Notes: generated by a model from the letters alone, not told the origin. DNA of 64,000 nt from Hyalangium minutum (GCF_000737315.1 NZ_JMCB01000002.1:248001-312000); one strand, 5' to 3'; shown: positions 45,632 through 55,519, counted from the stretch's first letter. A program made the numbers and translations.

Positions 45632-47089
45632 ATGGGTGGCGAAGACCCTATTGCGCAGACCGTGTTGTCCAGCGTGGCCTCCCCAGGTGACGCGATGCGG
45701 AGCGTTCAAGAAGCCCAGGCAGGTGAAGTGCTGGGCAATTACCAGCTCGAGCGGCTCCTGGGCGAAGGCTCCATGGGGCAGGTCTTCCAAGCCCGCCATG
45801 TGCGGCTGGGACGGCAGGTGGCGCTCAAGGTGCTCCGCCCTCAGCACGCCCGGGACATCAGCTTCGTCCGGCGCTTCTTCCAGGAGGCCCGCTCCGTCAA
45901 CCAGATCAACCACGAGCACATCGTGGAGATCTTCGACTTCGTCGAGGACCTGGAGCGCGGCCACGTCTACTGCGTGATGGAGCTGCTGCGAGGCCAGAGC
46001 CTCGCGGAGGTCATGAAGGAGCAGCCGCTGACGCTGGAGCGCATCCAGCGCATCGGCGTGCAGGTGTGCGCGGCGCTCGGTGCGGCCCACAGGCTCGGGG
46101 TGGTGCACCGGGATGTGAAGCCGGACAACCTCTTCGTCATGAACCGCGGGGGCCAGAAGGACTTCGTGAAGGTGCTGGACTTCGGCGTGGCGAAGATCCT
46201 CACCTCCGAGGGCACTGGCAACACCCTCGACGGCACCATCATCGGTACGCCCACGTACATGGCGCCCGAGCAGGCCGCAGGCCTGCCGGTGGATCAGCGC
46301 GCCGACATCTACGCGGTGGGCAACCTCCTCTACGAGATGCTGGCAGGGCGGCCGCCGTTCCAGGCCCCTGCGTTCGGCCAGCTCGTGGTGCAGATCATCA
46401 CCCAGGCGCCACCGCCGCTGCCCGAGCGGCTGGCCTCGGGTGAGCTGATGCCCCGGGCGCTGGCGGAGCTGGTGCTGCGCTGCCTGGCCAAGGAGCCCGA
46501 GGCCCGGCCGCAGTCGCTCGAAGAGGTGACGACGGCGCTGCTGACGCTGACGGCGAAGGCGTCCCTTGCTCCCCTCGACGACGAGGAGGAGGACATCCCC
46601 ACCCAGCGCACGCGGATGCCGGAGCTGTGGTGGCTGCGCCCGCGCCTGCCCCTCCTGGTGGGCAGCATGGCTGTGGCGATGCTGGCCGGCGCGCTCACGT
46701 GGAGAGCCCTGGATCGGGTGTTGCACAAGGACGAGGTGCCCGTGGCGGCCCTGGCCTCGGAGGCCCCAGCCCCGGTGGCGCTGGCCCCGGTGACACTCAC
46801 GGTGCGCACGGTGCCTGCGGGTGCGAAGGTGGTCCGCGCGGACACGGGAGAGGCGCTCGGCGTCACGCCACTGGTGAAGGAGCTGCCGCGCTCGCAGGCC
46901 CCGCTGGGGCTGCGCGTGGAGCTGGCGGGCTATGTGTCCCTGGAGCGCGAGGTGCGGTTGGACTCGCCCTCTGTCATCGAAGTTCCCCTGGCCAAGGCGA
47001 AGCCGACTCCCTCGGCTCCCACTTCGGTCAAGGCAGCCCCGCGCAAGGAGGTGAAGCGCGATGAGCTCATCGATCCGTTCGCGCAGTGA
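45632..47089 (+). CDS. Hanks-type Ser/Thr kinase with TM and C-terminal PEGA
   Basis: LGEGSMGQV, VALK, HRDVKPDN, DFG, GTPTYMAPEQ; TM then VRTVPAGAKV...LGVTP. Start could be 45695. Confidence 0.95.
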   Translation: MGGEDPIAQTVLSSVASPGDAMRSVQEAQAGEVLGNYQLERLLGEGSMGQVFQARHVRLGRQVALKVLRPQHARDISFVRRFFQEARSVNQINHEHIVEIFDFVEDLERGHVYCVMELLRGQSLAEVMKEQPLTLERIQRIGVQVCAALGAAHRLGVVHRDVKPDNLFVMNRGGQKDFVKVLDFGVAKILTSEGTGNTLDGTIIGTPTYMAPEQAAGLPVDQRADIYAVGNLLYEMLAGRPPFQAPAFGQLVVQIITQAPPPLPERLASGELMPRALAELVLRCLAKEPEARPQSLEEVTTALLTLTAKASLAPLDDEEEDIPTQRTRMPELWWLRPRLPLLVGSMAVAMLAGALTWRALDRVLHKDEVPVAALASEAPAPVALAPVTLTVRTVPAGAKVVRADTGEALGVTPLVKELPRSQAPLGLRVELAGYVSLEREVRLDSPSVIEVPLAKAKPTPSAPTSVKAAPRKEVKRDELIDPFAQ

Positions 47090-47804
47090 GCGCTGGTGGT
47101 TGGCCACCCTGCTGGCCGCGCTGTGCACGCTGGTGCCGGGGCCCGCGGTGGGTGCCGAGCTCACCAGCGAGGCCAAGGCGCAGGCACGCGTGAAGTTCAG
47201 CGAGGGCAACGCCGCCTATGAGCAGAGCAAGTTCCGCGAGGCGCTGAAGTTCTTCGAGGCTGCCTACGAGTTGGCACCGCTGCCGGGCTTCCTCTTCAAC
47301 GTGGCGCAGTGCCACCGGCAGCTCGGAAATTTCTCCCAGGCGGCCTCCGCCTACCGGCGCTACCTGTCCCTCTCCGAGAAGGAGCCCGCCAACGCGGCGA
47401 TGGTGAAGGATCTGATCGCGGAGATGGACTCCAAGGCCCGGCAGCAGACCGCGAGCCGCGCCGCGGCCGGCAAGTCCGTGGCCAGCGCGAAGGCCACGCC
47501 GAAGGATCGCCCCGAGGCTGCTTCCGCCAAGTCGGCCGAGCTGCGCGATGGAGTGAAGCCCGCCGCGGCAAAGAGGCCGCTGGATATCCGCCCGTCCCGC
47601 TCGATGGTGGTGGAGCAGAACACCCTGCCTCCCGCCGCGATGCCCAGCGCTCCGGCTCCGGAGGTCCAGCAGCCGGTGACTCGCAAGTGGTGGCTGTGGG
47701 CGGGAGTGGGAGCGGCGACGGCGCTCGTGGCGGGAGGCGTCATCTACGCCGTCACCGCGCCCGAGCCGCGGCCGGCCACTCTGGGGACCATTCCCGGGCG
47801 GTAG
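47061..47804 (+). CDS. Tetratricopeptide-repeat protein with C-terminal TM
   Basis: Signal peptide; F.EG...Y....F.EAL..F..AY....LPGFLFNVAQC.R; KWWLWAGVG tail. Confidence 0.88.
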   Translation: MSSSIRSRSERWWLATLLAALCTLVPGPAVGAELTSEAKAQARVKFSEGNAAYEQSKFREALKFFEAAYELAPLPGFLFNVAQCHRQLGNFSQAASAYRRYLSLSEKEPANAAMVKDLIAEMDSKARQQTASRAAAGKSVASAKATPKDRPEAASAKSAELRDGVKPAAAKRPLDIRPSRSMVVEQNTLPPAAMPSAPAPEVQQPVTRKWWLWAGVGAATALVAGGVIYAVTAPEPRPATLGTIPGR

Positions 47805-47817
47805 GCCCGGGCTGCTT

Positions 47818-47845
47818 GCGAGGAGGGCTCCTCGCGAGGCCCTCC
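47818..47845. terminator. Overlapping hairpins between convergent TPR and FHA genes
   Basis: gcgaggag-gg-ctcctcgc and an alternative gagggc...gccctc stem. Confidence 0.4.
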
Positions 47846-47857
47846 CTGGCTTTGCGG

Positions 47858-48403
47858 CTACGTGGCTTGCGCGCTCTCGGCCTTGGCGGTGAGGCTGGCG
47901 CCGAGCCGGTCGATGCGGGAGTAGAAGCCGGCCGCGTCATAGAAGGTCAGCCGCACGTCTCCCAGCTCGAGCCGCGCACCGGGCACGAGCGGCACGGGGT
48001 GGCCGGGCTTCAGCTCCACGCCGTCGAGCTTCACGGGGCTGGACTTGGACACGGCCTCGACCATCCACTGCCCATACGGACCGGTGCGCAGCACCAGGTG
48101 CTCGCGCGAGACGGTGGCGTCATTGATGACGAAAGCGTTGTGCGAGGCCCGCCCCAGCGGCAGCACGTTCTCCGTCTCGTTGAGGGCCACCAGCTCGAAG
48201 CAGAGCGCATCGCCTGCGGGCAGGCAGTCGCGCAGATCCGACACGGGCAGCTGGGTGGCCGCGATGTTCTGGCGGCCCGTCTCGGGCACATTCCACGCGC
48301 CAGCCTCCCAGACGAGCCAGGAGTGAGGATAACGGGCCCGGAACTTCTCTTTCAGCACCAGATGCTGACGGACCAAGAGGGAGAGCAACAGGGATCGCGC
48401 CAT
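47858..48403 (-). CDS. FHA domain protein
   Basis: LGRASHN..V..DATVSREH, with the pThr-binding G-R, S and H residues intact. Confidence 0.88.
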   Translation of the reverse strand: MARSLLLSLLVRQHLVLKEKFRARYPHSWLVWEAGAWNVPETGRQNIAATQLPVSDLRDCLPAGDALCFELVALNETENVLPLGRASHNAFVINDATVSREHLVLRTGPYGQWMVEAVSKSSPVKLDGVELKPGHPVPLVPGARLELGDVRLTFYDAAGFYSRIDRLGASLTAKAESAQAT

Positions 48404-48540
48404 GGAGGAATGGTAAGCACCGGCCCCCACTTTCTCGCAGGTGCCCAGAAGATCAGGTGTCCACGAATGTTCGAAAAGCGGCCAGCGGATGCCTGGCTTG
48501 CTGAACCTTCGGGTAGGTCAGCGTGGGGAACCGCACAAAG

Positions 48541-49461
48541 CTATAGCTTGCGAGCAATGGCATGGGCAAGGCGCTCGGGGGCCGAGGGATCCAAGCTGAG
48601 GAAGAGACTGGGCTCGGTGGCCTCGAGCTCTTGGAGGCGGGTGCAGCCCTCGTTGTCGGTGGCTACATCCACGCGGGCGTAGAGCAGGGGCTGGCCCACG
48701 GCGGCAAGCACGTCCTCGGCCAGCCGCAGCTCTTCGGGGATGGGCTCGAAGAGGTGGGGCTGCGGGAAGCCCCGGGGCGACTCCTTGAGTCCCGGTGGCC
48801 GGCGCACGGCATGGCTGAAGGCGCCGTCGAAGAAGAGGTAGGCGCGCTCGCCCTCGGTCTCGAAGCGGGTGAGGTAGGGCTGCACCATCACCTCGCCTTC
48901 GGCGGCCAGCTGGTCCAGCATGGGCTGGGCGGCCTCGAGCTCGGAGCGGTGGAAGCGGTAGGTCTTCAGCGCCCCAGCGGAGACCGTGGGCTTGAGCACC
49001 ACGGTGTCCCAGCCTCGCTCGCGCATCACGGAGTCGAGTGACACGGTGCCCCGGTGCGGAACCCAGACAGTGGGAGTGAAGGGGATGCCCTTCGCCTCCA
49101 GCTCGCGCAGGTAGGCCTTGTGCGTGTTCCAGCGGAGGATGTCCGGCGGGTTGTGGAGGCGGGTGAGCTTGCCCGCCTTGGAGGCCCAGGCGACGAAAGC
49201 GTCCCGGCGCAGGTGGCTGTCCCAGGTGGTGCGAATCACCGCGACCTGAGGGGTGCGCCAGTCCATGGCGGGGTCGTCCCAGATGCACGGGCGCGCGTCG
49301 AGCCCCAGCGCGGTGAGGGCAGAGAGGAGGGGCGCATCGTAGGCGTCGAGCTGCGGCAGACCGGAGTAGGTGACGATGGCGACGTCCAAGAGATGGGTCT
49401 CCAAGGCTCGGCGAGGGAAGGGCGCCTCTTCATCATCCGGCCGAGGGAGCTGTCCACCCAC
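48541..49461 (-). CDS. ATP-grasp ligase (RimK/glutathione-synthetase-like)
   Basis: IRTTWD, WNTHKAYL, VLKPTVSAGA, MVQPYL, YARVD, ELEATEPSLF; start uncertain. Confidence 0.85.
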   Translation of the reverse strand: MGGQLPRPDDEEAPFPRRALETHLLDVAIVTYSGLPQLDAYDAPLLSALTALGLDARPCIWDDPAMDWRTPQVAVIRTTWDSHLRRDAFVAWASKAGKLTRLHNPPDILRWNTHKAYLRELEAKGIPFTPTVWVPHRGTVSLDSVMRERGWDTVVLKPTVSAGALKTYRFHRSELEAAQPMLDQLAAEGEVMVQPYLTRFETEGERAYLFFDGAFSHAVRRPPGLKESPRGFPQPHLFEPIPEELRLAEDVLAAVGQPLLYARVDVATDNEGCTRLQELEATEPSLFLSLDPSAPERLAHAIARKL

Positions 49462-49482
49462 GGGGGGTGCGAGTGGGAGGGC

Positions 49483-51183
49483 TCAACTCACGGGTTCGCC
49501 AGAGGTGAGCGCGGCGCCTCGGGCCTCGCAGTCCTCCCACATGCGCAGGAAGGCCTCGGCCGAGGAGAAGAGCGGGTCCAGCTGCGCGTCCGTCATGCCC
49601 ACGTGGAGGAGATCCTTGAGGAAGTCCGGCAGCAGGCCGATGTGCGCGAGCCCATCCGTGTTGAAGTCGAAGGTGCGGGTGCCAGCGCGAGACTGTGTGA
49701 AGGGCACCTCCGTGCGGTACATGGTGCCCGAGTAGGGCAGGGGCGGGTGGTTGCGCTGGAGCTGCTGCTGCACGGGCCGCCGCTTGATGCGCTTCTTGTC
49801 GCCCTCGAGCCCGAAGGCGGCATGGGGGCCGTAGCGCGGGCCGGGCTGCTGGTTGAGGCCGTTGAAGTCGGTGCCCACGGCCACGCCGCCGGAGCCCACC
49901 TCGCGCAGCACGGAGAGGGCGTACTGGTAGGACTGGGCCCACGTCTTGGACGAGCGCGCGCAGTCATTGGCCACGGTGCTGCCGGGGAAGTCCTTGAGCT
50001 CGTGCTGGTTGGTGATGGGGGCCAGCAGTCCGCCGAGCGCGAGGATGCGGCGCACCTGCTCGCGCGTCTTCATGTATTCGTTGGCGCGCTTGTGCTTGAG
50101 GCTGGTCTCCTCGGAGTCCAGGGCCTGCTCGCGGAAGGCGCAGTGCGAGGCGACCACGGGGTAGCGGGACTGCTCGGCGAGCGAGAGCGCGTCATTGGTG
50201 CAGCGCTCGGACATGTGCTCCACGTCGAGGATGAAGCCGTGGTTCATGGCCGCGCGCAGGAAGGCCTTGCCGGTGGCGGAGAGTCCGAACTGGTTGACGT
50301 GGCCCTTGCCCGGCGCGTTGAGCGCGTAGCCCTGGGGGTAGTGAGCGCGCTGGGACACCTCATAGAAGATGATGGAGGCCTTGGTCTGCGTGTCCAGGTC
50401 TTGCCCCAGCCGGAAGCTGACGGTGGAGTTGCCCTCCACGCGGTGGAACTCGCCGCGCAGGAAGTGGTTCAGCAGGTTGAACTTGTCGTCGTAGACGGCG
50501 GCGCCGCCGAAGCTGTTGTTGGCCAGGTGCAGCGGGGTGATCATCCGGAAGCCCTGGTCGCGGAGCCACTGGAGGATGCGGGGCAGTTGGGCGGCGTCGA
50601 GGGGCTTCTTGTTGAGCGCTGCGCGGTCGCCGAGGATGCTGTCGAGCGAGTCCACCTCCACGCCCGCGACGACGGCGAGCTTGCCGGCCTGGATGAGCTG
50701 GCGGGCCTGGGAGGCGCTGAGGGCCAGTCCCATCCAGTCGGAGTGGAGTTCGGTGAAGCGGCGCAGCTCGCGCATCTGCTTCTCGATGGAGGTCTCGTCC
50801 TTCTCGGGGTGCTTCGTCTGGTCGGCGAGGAGCTCGTTGTTGACGGCCACGCTGCACAGCAGGCGCAGGCCTCCCTCATGGGCGCGCTTGAGCCAGTCCA
50901 CGAAGATCTGCTGGTGGACCATGGTGGTGAACTTGGGCCAGTCGGCGTACGAGTCATGACCGCAGGGGCCATGGCCGAGGCCGCCTTCGATGAAGGCCGT
51001 GATGAGCGACCCCTTCTTCCCGAACTGGCCGAGCCCTAAGGGCCCATGCAGGTGGATGTCACAGCGGGCGAGTGCCTGTTCAATCTTGCCGTCCGGGAAG
51101 CCGGCGAACAGGTGCCCACCGAAGCCGAGGTGCGCTGTGGTGTGGCAGTGCAGATCGGCGAATCCGAACACGGGAGAGGGCAT
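49483..51183 (-). CDS. Membrane-dipeptidase-like (M19) amidohydrolase
   Basis: ADLHCH, GVE, HLANN.FGG, DVEHMS, VASH, GTDFNG, HIGLLPD. Confidence 0.8.
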   Translation of the reverse strand: MPSPVFGFADLHCHTTAHLGFGGHLFAGFPDGKIEQALARCDIHLHGPLGLGQFGKKGSLITAFIEGGLGHGPCGHDSYADWPKFTTMVHQQIFVDWLKRAHEGGLRLLCSVAVNNELLADQTKHPEKDETSIEKQMRELRRFTELHSDWMGLALSASQARQLIQAGKLAVVAGVEVDSLDSILGDRAALNKKPLDAAQLPRILQWLRDQGFRMITPLHLANNSFGGAAVYDDKFNLLNHFLRGEFHRVEGNSTVSFRLGQDLDTQTKASIIFYEVSQRAHYPQGYALNAPGKGHVNQFGLSATGKAFLRAAMNHGFILDVEHMSERCTNDALSLAEQSRYPVVASHCAFREQALDSEETSLKHKRANEYMKTREQVRRILALGGLLAPITNQHELKDFPGSTVANDCARSSKTWAQSYQYALSVLREVGSGGVAVGTDFNGLNQQPGPRYGPHAAFGLEGDKKRIKRRPVQQQLQRNHPPLPYSGTMYRTEVPFTQSRAGTRTFDFNTDGLAHIGLLPDFLKDLLHVGMTDAQLDPLFSSAEAFLRMWEDCEARGAALTSGEPVS

Positions 51184-51263
51184 GGGAAGCTCCTGGGCCG
51201 GCTGCGAGAGGCTCCAGCATGCCCGGACGGTCCCACCCACGCCAGCCGTACGTAAGGGCGTAG

Positions 51264-51827
51264 TCAGACCTCAACGAAGCGAGTGCCGGTGATGCCCGCA
51301 GCTTCGATGGCCTGCTTGAGATCTTCGGAGAGGATGAGGGCGATGTCCCATCCCCAAGTGCGGAAGATGCGGGCGTGGTCCACCTTGGACGCGTCGATGC
51401 GCAGGCCGTGGATGTAGCGGTACGTGCCGAGTTTTTCCGGCTGACCGTCCTCGGGCTTCCAGTATTGGACCTCTTCACTCCGAGCGTCATCGACGCATCG
51501 GATGATGCGCAGGGTGTTCAGGATGAAGTAGGGCTCTGGATGGTTATCCACCTCCGCACGGATGAACTGCACGTCCCGAACGCTCAGCCGTTGGAAGATC
51601 TGCACGAAGCGTTCATGAACCACAGGAACACTGAAGGCAGCCCAGCAAAACTCCAAGGGGTCTCCCGGTACGTCGAGAGGGAATCGGGGCACACAGCCCA
51701 GTTCCAGGGCGCGGCCATCAAAAAATTGCCACGGGTCGAGTTCTTGTCCCTGCGGATCCAGAGGAGTGCCAAGGTGCCAGCGCGTGTGTGAGCGCCTGTC
51801 GTCCAGAAGTTCGTAGTACCTGGGCAT
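51264..51827 (-). CDS. Imm11/DUF1629-like immunity protein
   Basis: WHL..P, YFILN.L..I.CVDD.RS, GL.ID.SKV....IFR..GW...I.SE; directly behind the AHH toxin. Confidence 0.8.
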   Translation of the reverse strand: MPRYYELLDDRRSHTRWHLGTPLDPQGQELDPWQFFDGRALELGCVPRFPLDVPGDPLEFCWAAFSVPVVHERFVQIFQRLSVRDVQFIRAEVDNHPEPYFILNTLRIIRCVDDARSEEVQYWKPEDGQPEKLGTYRYIHGLRIDASKVDHARIFRTWGWDIALILSEDLKQAIEAAGITGTRFVEV

Positions 51828-51842
51828 GTTTGCGCTCTTTCG

Positions 51843-53144
51843 TCACTCGAAAGGTTTCGTCGCAAGCTGATGAAGCCGTGAGCCTGGGGTACACACATCC
51901 CGAGCGAGACCCTCGAGAGCTGTCACCAGCTTGCTTCTACACTCCGAAACGGAGCTGCAACGTGCGATCGCGTTGAGCAGCGTGCGGTAAACGGCTTCGT
52001 GATACGCGGCGGGATGGGGACCCTGATGGCCTGCGAGGTAAACGAGGTTTGCCGGGTCGTTGAGGTCCATGCCTGCTCTGGCAAAGATCCGCTGAAACAG
52101 TGGCGTCCATGGGCCGCCCCTCGTGGCTGAAGCTTCGTTCTTGTCCGTGGCCAGGTGGTGCCACTGGTGGCCGTCCTTCTTCTGAGAGCCATCGCTGCAG
52201 GCTCTGCCCACGCCGGATGCAGCCGTCCCCAAGGCCGCTCCAGCGATGGCCAGGGTGCCGTCTGCCACCACATGGGCCGTGGATGCAGATTGGACGACGC
52301 CTCCTCCCGCCATGGCAAAGCGAGGAGGATTTAGCAGTGGGCCCAGACCGCCAGGGGGCACATTGGGCAAAGCCTTGGCCACCCCGTAACTGGCGACCAT
52401 CACCAGCACGCGAAGCGCAGTACCTCCGAGGGCACGGCCGAAGCGCTCGGCGATGGCTTCAAGCTCCTTCAGGGTCTTGGCTGCCTGGGCCTCCCGGTAC
52501 AGTTGCAAGCACGCCAATGCGACGTTGCGAAGCTCGAGCAACCCCACCGCAAGCGCCAGCCGAGCCGTCAACGTCGCGGCGAAAGCCTTGGAGAAGAGGG
52601 GCTCGGGCAACATCCAGGCGGAGAAGTAAACGATGATGGAGAGAGTGACGCTCGCGAGGAAGAGGGGAGAGCGGAACATCTCGCGAGCGGCGTCACGGAA
52701 GCCCGGAGCCATGTAGCGAGGAGACAGCCGGAGGGCCATGAAGAGAGGGCTGCGCTCGATAGAGTCCGGTATGGGCAACAGCCCTGGGCCGTAACGGGCG
52801 AGGAATTCCGCACGCAAGCGCAATTCCCAAGGAGCGGTCCTACCTCCCGGTGATGCCAGGACGGGGATGACCTCGAACGGCGGTGCTTCCGGGAAGGACG
52901 CATTGAAGGCAGTGAGAAGAGCGCGTGCATCCTCCCCCTGAAGAATTGCGTGCGCTGGATCGAGCAGCACAGGCTCGAAGTCCAACTGGAACTGATCATC
53001 CGCTAAGCGAATGAGCTGGAGAACAGTGGGCCGTGCCTGACGATCCTCGCCCGGTGACCTGTCAGCCTGGGCTGTTGCACAAGAAGTGGTGGCTGCGAGG
53101 CACAAGACCCACAATGGGCGCAGCAGGCAGGAGAGCTGCTTCAT
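51843..53144 (-). CDS. AHH-nuclease polymorphic toxin lipoprotein (SitA5-like)
   Basis: TTSC lipobox; SPRYM..G..EA, PEP.FSKA.AA; C-terminal HWHHLAT.KN...W.P.F..IF.RAGM.L.DPAN....GHQGPHP..YH. Confidence 0.88.
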   Translation of the reverse strand: MKQLSCLLRPLWVLCLAATTSCATAQADRSPGEDRQARPTVLQLIRLADDQFQLDFEPVLLDPAHAILQGEDARALLTAFNASFPEAPPFEVIPVLASPGGRTAPWELRLRAEFLARYGPGLLPIPDSIERSPLFMALRLSPRYMAPGFRDAAREMFRSPLFLASVTLSIIVYFSAWMLPEPLFSKAFAATLTARLALAVGLLELRNVALACLQLYREAQAAKTLKELEAIAERFGRALGGTALRVLVMVASYGVAKALPNVPPGGLGPLLNPPRFAMAGGGVVQSASTAHVVADGTLAIAGAALGTAASGVGRACSDGSQKKDGHQWHHLATDKNEASATRGGPWTPLFQRIFARAGMDLNDPANLVYLAGHQGPHPAAYHEAVYRTLLNAIARCSSVSECRSKLVTALEGLARDVCTPGSRLHQLATKPFE

Positions 53145-53196
53145 ATCCAGGCATCATGCCCGACTTCTCAGTTATGCCAGATGGGCAGGCCTCTTC

Positions 53197-54810
53197 TCAC
53201 CCCGAGCGCACCAGCACTTGTCCCGACGCGCTGGGTGAGGAGTGCGGACCCGACAGCGAGCCAGAGTGGTGCTGCTGCACGTGGGCCATGGCCACCTGGG
53301 TTGCCCGCGCCAGCGTCAGCTGCCCCTGCGGGTAGGGTGCCGCCTCGCCCGTCAGTGCCAGCAGCTGGTGCCGCACCTCCTCCCCCGTGGGTGTGCGCTT
53401 GTTCATGTCCCGATCCAGCAGCCCCATCACCACCGCGTCCAGCTCCGGCGGCACGTCGGGGCGCACGTGCGAGGGGGGCAGCAGCTCCTGGGACACCGCC
53501 GCCATCATCAGCCCGGCCTCGTCCTGCCCCAGCAGCAGCCGCTGGCCCGTGAGCGCCTCGTGCAGCGTGAGGCCCAGCGCGAACAGGTCCGTCCGTCCGT
53601 CGATCGGCTTGCCGTACGCCTGCTCCGGCGACATGTACCCCAGCTTGCCGCGAATGTTCCCCGCCACCGTCAGCTGCGCCCGCGCCGTATCCCGAGCGAT
53701 GCCGAAGTCCGACAGCTTCACCTCGCCGCCCCGAGAGATCAGCACGTTCGGCGGGTTCACATCCCGGTGGATCAAGTGCAGCGGCTCGCCGTACTTCCCC
53801 GTGCGCCGGTGCAGGTAGTCCAGCGCCGCCGCCAGCTCCGCTCCCAGGAATGTCACCGCGCTCACCGGCAGCCCCTGCCAGTTCAACCCTCGCAGCACCG
53901 TGCTCAGCGGCAGCCCATCCACGAACTCCATCGCCAGGAAGTACGTGTTCCCGTGCCGCCCCAAGTCGAACACCTGCACGATGTTCGGGTGGTGCAGCGT
54001 CGAGCACAGCTCCGCCTCCCGCCGGAACAACGACACGAACTCCGCGTCATCCGCGTACGACGGCAGAATGCGCTTCAGCGCCACCTGCTTCTCGAAGCCA
54101 CCCTCCGGGCTGTACGTCGCCCGGTACACCTCCGCCATACCGCCCGAGCCAATCCGCTCGTGCAGCATGTACTTGCCCATCACCTCTTGCTCCCGCAGCG
54201 CCGCGAGCGCCTGCTCCGTCTTCCGCATGAAGTGCCGCGCCAGGATCGCCGTCGCCACTCCTGAGCTCAGCAGGAACACCGAGCGCATCATGATGAACGG
54301 CGGCTTCAGCGTGAGCAGCGGCTCCTCCGGCAGCAGCGGCATCACGAAGAAGAAATACAGCACCAGGTACTCGACGGCCGCCAGCGCCCCCGCCACCAAC
54401 GCCAGCAACGGCTGGGTTCTCAGCGCTGCCAGCACCACCAGCGTGCCCCAGATGACCAGTGTGGGCGCCGTGAGCGCGTACGCCGCGCCCTGGAACCGCA
54501 AGTCGAACGCCAGCACCACCGACGGGATGCTCACCTCGATGGCCACGTTCAGCCAGTGGATCGCCGGGTGGAACCAGCCGGCCCGAAGCGCCCGCCAGAT
54601 GATGGTGTAGTAGACGCACAGCACGCCCACCAGCGACAGCAGCGCCTTCGTCAGCCCCCAGCCCATGTACGGGCCCAGCGCTCCCACCGCCACCAGGCAC
54701 CCCGCCGCCAACCCCGCCATGTAGCCCGCGACGGACGTCTCTCGCGCCTGGGCATCCCGGCGCATGTGGTTCTCGAGGAAGCGGGAGACTGCGGACGCGG
54801 GCGTGGTCAT
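53197..54810 (-). CDS. Ser/Thr kinase with N-terminal multi-TM sensor region
   Basis: About 5-6 TM helices, then IGSGGMAEVY, VALK, HRDVNPPN, DFG, GKLGYMSPEQ. Confidence 0.93.
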   Translation of the reverse strand: MTTPASAVSRFLENHMRRDAQARETSVAGYMAGLAAGCLVAVGALGPYMGWGLTKALLSLVGVLCVYYTIIWRALRAGWFHPAIHWLNVAIEVSIPSVVLAFDLRFQGAAYALTAPTLVIWGTLVVLAALRTQPLLALVAGALAAVEYLVLYFFFVMPLLPEEPLLTLKPPFIMMRSVFLLSSGVATAILARHFMRKTEQALAALREQEVMGKYMLHERIGSGGMAEVYRATYSPEGGFEKQVALKRILPSYADDAEFVSLFRREAELCSTLHHPNIVQVFDLGRHGNTYFLAMEFVDGLPLSTVLRGLNWQGLPVSAVTFLGAELAAALDYLHRRTGKYGEPLHLIHRDVNPPNVLISRGGEVKLSDFGIARDTARAQLTVAGNIRGKLGYMSPEQAYGKPIDGRTDLFALGLTLHEALTGQRLLLGQDEAGLMMAAVSQELLPPSHVRPDVPPELDAVVMGLLDRDMNKRTPTGEEVRHQLLALTGEAAPYPQGQLTLARATQVAMAHVQQHHSGSLSGPHSSPSASGQVLVRSG

Positions 54811-54859
54811 GATCGGACCAAACCATAGTGCGAACAGGGGTTTGGCGGGAGGGGGGCGC

Positions 54860-55498
54860 CTACTCCTTGGGCGGGTTGAAGCCATTGACCAGGAGCGTGT
54901 CCAGGGCGGCCACGACGGGATCGTACGTCACCGTGGCGCGGAACAGGTTCTGGTAGGTGAGCAGGCCGATGTAGCTGCCCATCATGGCGTGAGCGGTCTG
55001 GATTGGCTCCAGGTCCGTGCGGAACTCCTGCTTCTTCTGCCCGTAGCGGATGATGCCGGCCAGCACGTGGACGTAGATGTTCAGCTTCTCGCGCAGGGCC
55101 TCGGCCACGCGCTCGTTGGACTCGGCGGACTCGGCGGCCACCATGCCAAAGAAGATGCCGTGCTCGCGGTGGTAGCGCAGGAACTGCGAGGTGCGGTTCA
55201 TGAAGCGGATGATCTGCTCGCGCGCGGGCAGGGAGCGCTGCTCGGCGAGCAGGTCCACGAACTCCTTGAGGTAGCGCTCATGCAGCTCGTCGATGGCCGC
55301 CAGGAGCAGATCTTCCTTGGTGGGGAAGTGCCAGTAGAGGGCGCCGGGTGTCATGCGGATGGCCTTGGCCAGCTCCGCCATCGTTGTTGCCAGGAAGCCC
55401 CGCCGCGCGAAGAGGGTGATGGCTGCTTCGAGAATCTCCACCCGGGTGCGTGCTGCGCGCTCTTGCTTGATCTCCCGCTTCGCAGGTTCCTTGCCCAT
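54860..55498 (-). CDS. TetR/AcrR family regulator
   Basis: ILEAAITLFARRGF..TT...LAK...MTPGALYWHFPTKEDL. Confidence 0.95.
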   Translation of the reverse strand: MGKEPAKREIKQERAARTRVEILEAAITLFARRGFLATTMAELAKAIRMTPGALYWHFPTKEDLLLAAIDELHERYLKEFVDLLAEQRSLPAREQIIRFMNRTSQFLRYHREHGIFFGMVAAESAESNERVAEALREKLNIYVHVLAGIIRYGQKKQEFRTDLEPIQTAHAMMGSYIGLLTYQNLFRATVTYDPVVAALDTLLVNGFNPPKE

Positions 55499-55519
55499 GG
55501 TCAGGGCATCCTACATACG

